Assembly: GCA_030754595.1 (NCBI GenBank) | Contig: JASLZZ010000048.1 | Span: forward strand, 1 to 12,336 | Length of the DNA: 12,336 bases | Direction: 5' to 3' | From: Nitrospinota bacterium | GTDB taxonomy: Bacteria > UBA8248 | Part shown: piece after piece, positions 8,395 through 12,336 of the stretch | How positions within the stretch are numbered: the first letter of the stretch is position 1 | How the letters are laid out: each line of letters opens with the position of its first letter | The notes under the pieces: model-generated | What the model was told of the DNA's origin: nothing | Seen by the model: the letters and a program-made list of their open reading frames with translations, nothing else | Databases searched by the model: none | Translations under genes and position numbers: made by a program

Positions 8395-9234
8395 CTATTC
8401 CGCTTCCAGCAAAGCAGAGGACGCCAGGAGACTTTTTTCTTTTAGCTTCTCGGGGAGAGATGTGAGCCTCGGGTCCATCGAGCAGCGGATCTGGCAAATG
8501 GCACAGGTGGTGGGGCCACTGTCTGTGTAGGCCATGGACTTGGAGGAAAACAAAAGGTCGGGAAGTTCGCTGAGGTTTTTGTAATGGTCGATGTCATGTC
8601 CAGATCGGCCGGCGGCACAGCCAAAGTGGCTCAGGCCGTTCTCCTCCGAGATGGCGTCCCAGGGGCAGAGCCTCACGCAGAGGTAGCCGCACTTGTCGGG
8701 AAGGCAGAGCTCCCCTTCGAAAAGAGGATCTGGCGGAAGCTCCGCTGTGGTTACCACCGAGCCCAGGCGGACGTTTGCGCCGAACTTTTCTGTGATGAGG
8801 CATCCGCTGAGGCCAATCTGGCCCAGACCCGCGAGCTCGGCCGCGTGCCGCTCGGAGAAAGAGCCCATGAATCGAATTTCGGGCTCCGGCTCCTCCCGGA
8901 CGATTTCGGGTGCGCCCGAGTCTCGGGCCGCGGGCATGGGCATGGTGGTGAAACCCCGGTCTTCTAAGAGGATGGCAAGGCGGTAGGCCGCGAGGTTCAG
9001 AATCTCGTTCAGCCTGAGCCAGCCGAACTGAAGAAAAGAGTAGTTCGGTGCCGTCAGAAGGGTGCCCACGGGTATGCGGACGGCGAAGGAGACGACACTC
9101 CTGGCATCACGAAGCAGATCGCCCGGTCTGTGGCCTTCGGGTGCCCCGGCGAACCGCTCGACGGGAGCCACACCCACGAGGTCTATCCCCGACTCCCGGG
9201 CGAGCTTGGCAACTTCGCATTTGAGTTTTTCCAT
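8395..9234 (-). CDS. QueG/reductive-dehalogenase-like 2x[4Fe-4S] protein (279 aa)
   Basis: G.DLVGVA..ERF..AP.G.RP.D.L..A.SV and SERHAAELAGLG.IG..G.LIT..FG..VRLGSV.T.A. Eight C-terminal Cys (CLPDKCGYLCVRLCP...C...CAICQIRC). GAGGT RBS at 9244-9248. Confidence 0.88.
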   Translation of the reverse strand: MEKLKCEVAKLARESGIDLVGVAPVERFAGAPEGHRPGDLLRDARSVVSFAVRIPVGTLLTAPNYSFLQFGWLRLNEILNLAAYRLAILLEDRGFTTMPMPAARDSGAPEIVREEPEPEIRFMGSFSERHAAELAGLGQIGLSGCLITEKFGANVRLGSVVTTAELPPDPLFEGELCLPDKCGYLCVRLCPWDAISEENGLSHFGCAAGRSGHDIDHYKNLSELPDLLFSSKSMAYTDSGPTTCAICQIRCSMDPRLTSLPEKLKEKSLLASSALLEAE

Positions 9235-9263
9235 CCGACGTTTACCTCGAGAAGTAAGCTGAA

Positions 9264-9292
9264 ATTATACGGTAGTGCTCTCAATTGAGCAA
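9264..9292 (-). promoter_or_regulatory. Sigma70-type promoter of the QueG-like gene, with an overlapping palindrome
   Basis: Minus strand TTGCTC (9292-9287), 17-nt spacer, TATAAT (9269-9264), 30 nt upstream of the ATG. Palindrome CTCAATTGAG (9280-9289) overlaps the -35 box. Confidence 0.7.
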
Positions 9293-9313
9293 ATTCAGAC
9301 CCTTTTTTCCTTA

Positions 9314-9334
9314 GTAGGAGGCGCTTCCTGCCGA
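9314..9334 (+). repeat. Short GC hairpin, second repeat type (copy A)
   Basis: GTAGGAGGCGCTTCCTGCCGA resembles GGAGGCGGTCTTCCTCCCGA at 9498-9517 and begins with GTAG. Confidence 0.4.
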
Positions 9335-9466
9335 GGAGGTGTACTACCCAAATATACGTTCGAGTCTTAAATTCCTGTTTGAATGGGATTTTATCGGATT
9401 TCAAAAGCATTGAAATTTCAGAGGATCCAATTATTGCGGAGCGCGGTCAGGTGCATTCGCTCAGAA

Positions 9467-9494
9467 TGGGCCGAATTAGTAATTCGCCACCCAC
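9467..9494. repeat. REP-like palindrome, copy 3
   Basis: GAATTAGTAATTCGCCA (9473-9489) is identical to 8351-8367. Outer TGGG/CCCA arms. Confidence 0.75.
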
Positions 9495-9495
9495 G

Positions 9496-9517
9496 CGGGA
9501 GGCGGTCTTCCTCCCGA
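9496..9517. repeat. Short GC hairpin, second repeat type (copy B)
   Basis: CGGGAGG(9496-9502)-cggtctt-CCTCCCG(9510-9516), directly adjacent to REP-like copy 3. Confidence 0.45.
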
Positions 9518-9571
9518 AGCGGCCGGAAAGACTCAAGACCTTATCGGCGCACTCTATAAAACTTTCACCAC

Positions 9572-9760
9572 CTACCACCTGCGCGGATGATCCTCGGGCA
9601 GCGGCGAGCCGAAGGGGCCGGTCTCTGAGCTCTGGTGGACATAGGCGATCTTCTCATGGCCGGCGGGCACGTTTCCGTTCAGGGCCTCGCGGAGCCAATC
9701 GATCACCAGCGGATTCAGGTCCAGCCCCTCCTGTTCCGGTCCAGCGATTTTTCGGGTCAG
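9572..9760 (-). pseudogene. 3' remnant of an unidentified gene
   Basis: Start-less frame ...EGLDLNPLVIDWLREALNGNVPAGHEKIAYVHQSSETGPFGSPLPEDHPRRW* (TAG 9572-9574) with mostly G/C third positions. Upstream the frame runs into AT-richer sequence and a stop. Confidence 0.5.
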
Positions 9761-9852
9761 GTTTTCCGGATGTAATGCCTTGAATTTATTGAGTGTTCAA
9801 CAACCCTGAGGAATCTGGATTCATTGCCCCGCTACTGGAGCGGACGAAGGGC

Positions 9853-11271
9853 TTATTTATTCTTTAGCGTTAGCTGTAAGAGTTTGTCGGCGCGATCTTG
9901 CCTGTCGAGGTTGCGGCAGGTCTCGATGATCGCCTCGAACTGCTCCGCCGGTATCGGGATGCCGGGTATGATATCGCGGATACGGCGCGCCTCCTCGTCA
10001 AAATCCCACATGAACTCGCGTCCGGTGGATTGCTTCGTGTAGCTCTTGCCGTCCTTGGTGTGGATAGTTATTCGCGGGCCGAAGAGGGTCATTCGGTGGG
10101 ACGGGATGATCGTCACCCGCTTCATGAGTTCTAGCACCTCGGGCGGGTCGTCCAGGTCGGCCGGGACGGCCGACACACCCGGGACGGCTCCCATGCTTCG
10201 CAGCACGGGGAAGCCGCGTTTTACGGCACCGTACGCAGTGTAGTAAGAGGTTTCGCCCACCCTGGCTTCTCCATCTTCTCGCCGGCTCGGGAAAGCGGGG
10301 CTGGGATACTGTGTTTCGAGCCAGTTCACCACGGCTTCGATACGGTCCACGTCTTTGTGATTGATGTTGTTCTCTTCGCAGAGCTTTGCCGTCACATCTA
10401 CGTGCGCGATGTTGTAGCCGGCGGTCGAGTAGATGCGATAGAGCGTCTCGGTGAACATCCACTTCTTGCCCAGATCGGCGGTGATATTGTCCAGGCTGGC
10501 CTGGGTGTCGCCGGTAAAGCTGTAGGTGAGTTGGCCTTTGTTATTCCCTGCGTAGGCGTGATAGAAACCCGCGTCGCCTTCGAGGACAGTCTCGCCGCCG
10601 ATGTGCCCCTCTCTTGCCAGTGAGACTGCGAGCATGGCGTTGCGTACAGCGGCGCCTTCGCGCAGGGAGTGGCCGCCACTTCGAGGCCCTTCGAGGTTGC
10701 CCCCGGCCAGGTTCACGCAGAGCGCTATCGCGGCGTTCACCTGGTCTTCGTTGAAGCGCATGATCTTCGCGGCGGCGATTGCAGAGCCGAAAATGCCGAA
10801 CACCGGACTGGCGTGGAAGCCGCGTGCCATCACCGTCGGGATGAAGTCGGCCGCCATCCGCTCCATGACTTCGTAGCCCGCAGCGAGGCCTGCGATGAAG
10901 TCCTTTCCGGAGACGCTCTCTGTTTCCGCAGCGACGAAGGCACTCGGGACGATGCATGTACCGGGGTGCATGAGCATGCGGAAGGTGTCCCACTTTCCGC
11001 CAGCCTGCATCAATTCCGCGTTAGCATAGGCGGCTCCGCCCTTTGTCACCTTGGCGCCGTCCACCATGATGGTGGCGCCGTTTTGAACGCCGATTTCTTC
11101 TTCAGCGATTATCTTTACGGCCTGTTGACCGCCCGATGACTGAGAGCCAAGGAGTGCGGACGCGAGGTTCTGGAGGGTGACTCCTTTGGCGCGATCGACC
11201 ACTTCGGAGGGTAGATCTTCATAACCCAGGCCAACCACCCAATGCGCCAGCTGCCGGCTGAGAGATGTCAT
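9853..11271 (-). CDS. Divergent MmgE/PrpD family protein (472 aa)
   Basis: Scaffold motifs YEDLP.EVV..AK, HPG, GYEV, RGFH.SPVFG.FG.A.A and LEG..GFY are present, but the usual HxxDxDD and Lys motifs are altered. AAGGGG RBS. Confidence 0.9.
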   Translation of the reverse strand: MTSLSRQLAHWVVGLGYEDLPSEVVDRAKGVTLQNLASALLGSQSSGGQQAVKIIAEEEIGVQNGATIMVDGAKVTKGGAAYANAELMQAGGKWDTFRMLMHPGTCIVPSAFVAAETESVSGKDFIAGLAAGYEVMERMAADFIPTVMARGFHASPVFGIFGSAIAAAKIMRFNEDQVNAAIALCVNLAGGNLEGPRSGGHSLREGAAVRNAMLAVSLAREGHIGGETVLEGDAGFYHAYAGNNKGQLTYSFTGDTQASLDNITADLGKKWMFTETLYRIYSTAGYNIAHVDVTAKLCEENNINHKDVDRIEAVVNWLETQYPSPAFPSRREDGEARVGETSYYTAYGAVKRGFPVLRSMGAVPGVSAVPADLDDPPEVLELMKRVTIIPSHRMTLFGPRITIHTKDGKSYTKQSTGREFMWDFDEEARRIRDIIPGIPIPAEQFEAIIETCRNLDRQDRADKLLQLTLKNK

Positions 11272-11400
11272 CGATCCCCTTTCGCTGTGTCAAAAGTTAT
11301 GGGCAATTGTGTGGTCCGGTAATTTAGAAATTATTGTAATAGTACTTAAGCTCTATAAGCGTGGCTTCATCGATTACATCGACCCTTAAGGGCCCCCTTT

Positions 11401-11946
11401 TCATTTTAAATTCTTGAGGATCTCTTTCATGTTATCCACCCTGGCGGAAGAGAATATTCGGTCATAGTAATTTAAAACCTGGTTCATGTTGTGTTTCGTC
11501 ATGTCCACGCCATCGGCTTTTGCCATGATCTCTATGGCCCGCTCGTCGGCCTCGAATTCCGCCTGCTCGCGGCTCTCGGCGCCTCAAATCGTATGATCTA
11601 ACACATCGTGGGCTACTTCGTGGGCCAGTACAAAATCCATCAAATTGTGGGAGGCCAACTTAATAAAATAATCGGGCAAGAACACTTCCCTGTGTCCGTA
11701 GCTCGAAGGCGACTTTTTTGAGTTCCGAAAATAGAGCTTCCAGTAGCTATCGGGCGCCCCGGGCAGCGCCGCCCGGCCATAGATCAAAAGACGCGAATTT
11801 AGATCTGCCCACGTAGTGTCGTTCTTGTAGTCGGCGGGGCGGTACGTACCGGGAACAACCCCCGTATCGTCGCCTATCGTAAAATACGCCCCCTCGCACC
11901 CGGAGAGCAAAACCGCCGCCAGAAATAATCCCGTAGCTGCCCGCAT
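11401..11946 (-). pseudogene. M48-like zinc metallopeptidase lipoprotein gene with one in-frame TGA at 11584-11586
   Basis: AGGAGG RBS and ATG 11946, signal peptide with LSGC lipobox, FVLAHEVAH (HExxH). After the TGA the same frame continues GAESREQAEFEADERAIEIMAKA... (ExEAD motif) for 60 codons to TGA 11401-11403. Confidence 0.75.
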
Positions 11947-12029
11947 CGATGCCCTCCTGTTCACACCGAATCATGTGCCTTGAATTTTCAATCTCAGCGA
12001 ATACCGCTTTATTGTCATTTATGCCGAGA

Positions 12030-12224
12030 TTATGCAGCAACGACCTCCCCTTTGTAGGTTTCGACCCATTTGCCCTTTTTCAGGTGATGCTTCTCGCAGA
12101 GAAGACCACCATGGCCGCTGAAAGACATTTCTCAAGGCGCCCCTTCCAGGTAAAACCCCGGCCAGTAGGCGTTTCTTTTCTTTCCGGACGCAATAATCTC
12201 TTCTCCTCCTGGCTCAACACCGTT
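12030..12224 (-). pseudogene. Possible 3' gene remnant cut by the IS3 element
   Basis: Frame NGVEPGGEEIIASGKKRNAYWPGFYLEGAP*EMSFSGHGGLLCEKHHLKKGKWVETYKGEVVAA* runs from the IS boundary to TAA 12030-12032. Family not recognised. Confidence 0.3.
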
Positions 12225-12225
12225 T

Positions 12226-12336
12226 TGACCTGCCCCCTCCAAACCGGTCCATGCTGAATGAGATAATTTTCGATACTCTTTCGGTGTGACCGCCCAATCC
12301 AGGGGGATTTAGATGAGCAAGAAGCGCCATACACCC
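12226..12336 (+). mobile_element. Left end of an IS3-family (IS407-like) insertion sequence
   Basis: IRL-like TGACCTGCCCCCTCCAAACCGGTCCA starting with TG at 12226, followed by an RBS and a transposase OrfA start. Confidence 0.8.
12313..12336 (+). CDS. IS3-family transposase OrfA, N-terminus (runs off the window)
   Basis: AGGGGG RBS (12301-12306), then MSKKRHTP, the typical OrfA start (MxxKRHTPEQI). Only 8 codons are visible. Confidence 0.7.

Noticed and set aside
657..9494. CRISPR array or integron attC reading of the repeated palindrome
   Set aside because: Copies are 1.1 and 7.7 kb apart with no regular spacers or cas genes, and lack the RYYYAAC/GTTRRRY boxes of attC sites.
9379..9783. 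134-aa plus-strand ORF in the intergenic gap
   Set aside because: Low-complexity R/S/P/G-rich translation across repeats; the minus-strand remnant explains the composition better.
11401..12224. Alternative genetic code (UGA as Trp or Gly)
   Set aside because: TGA terminates full-length genes at 2141 and 4954 and the transposase at 98-100, and no long gene has an internal TGA.
12080..12334. 84-aa minus-strand ORF
   Set aside because: Crosses the IS3 boundary antisense to the transposase start; no support as a gene.
1..12336. Composite transposon formed by the two flanking IS elements
   Set aside because: The elements belong to different families (IS5 and IS3) with unrelated ends.

Overview
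GC-rich bacterial accessory region between the right end of an IS5-family element (1-224) and the left end of an IS3-family, IS407-like element (12226 onward). All intact cargo genes are on the minus strand. A tight four-gene unit encodes a TcuA-like FAD oxidoreductase followed by three divergent MmgE/PrpD-family proteins. The first of these resembles the cis-aconitate decarboxylase (ACOD1/IRG1) branch. Upstream lie a truncated acetyl-CoA hydrolase/transferase-family gene, a Gfo/Idh/MocA oxidoreductase, a QueG/RdhA-like 2x[4Fe-4S] protein with a clear sigma70 promoter, a fourth MmgE/PrpD protein with a remodelled active site, and an M48-like metallopeptidase lipoprotein gene split by one in-frame TGA. 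Non-coding features include a tRNA-3'-end-like att site with TTCCCTG repeats, three copies of a REP-like palindrome, IS-end-like scars at two gene truncations, and two short gene remnants. Family assignments come from motif recognition and recalled reference sequences; no database search was run.
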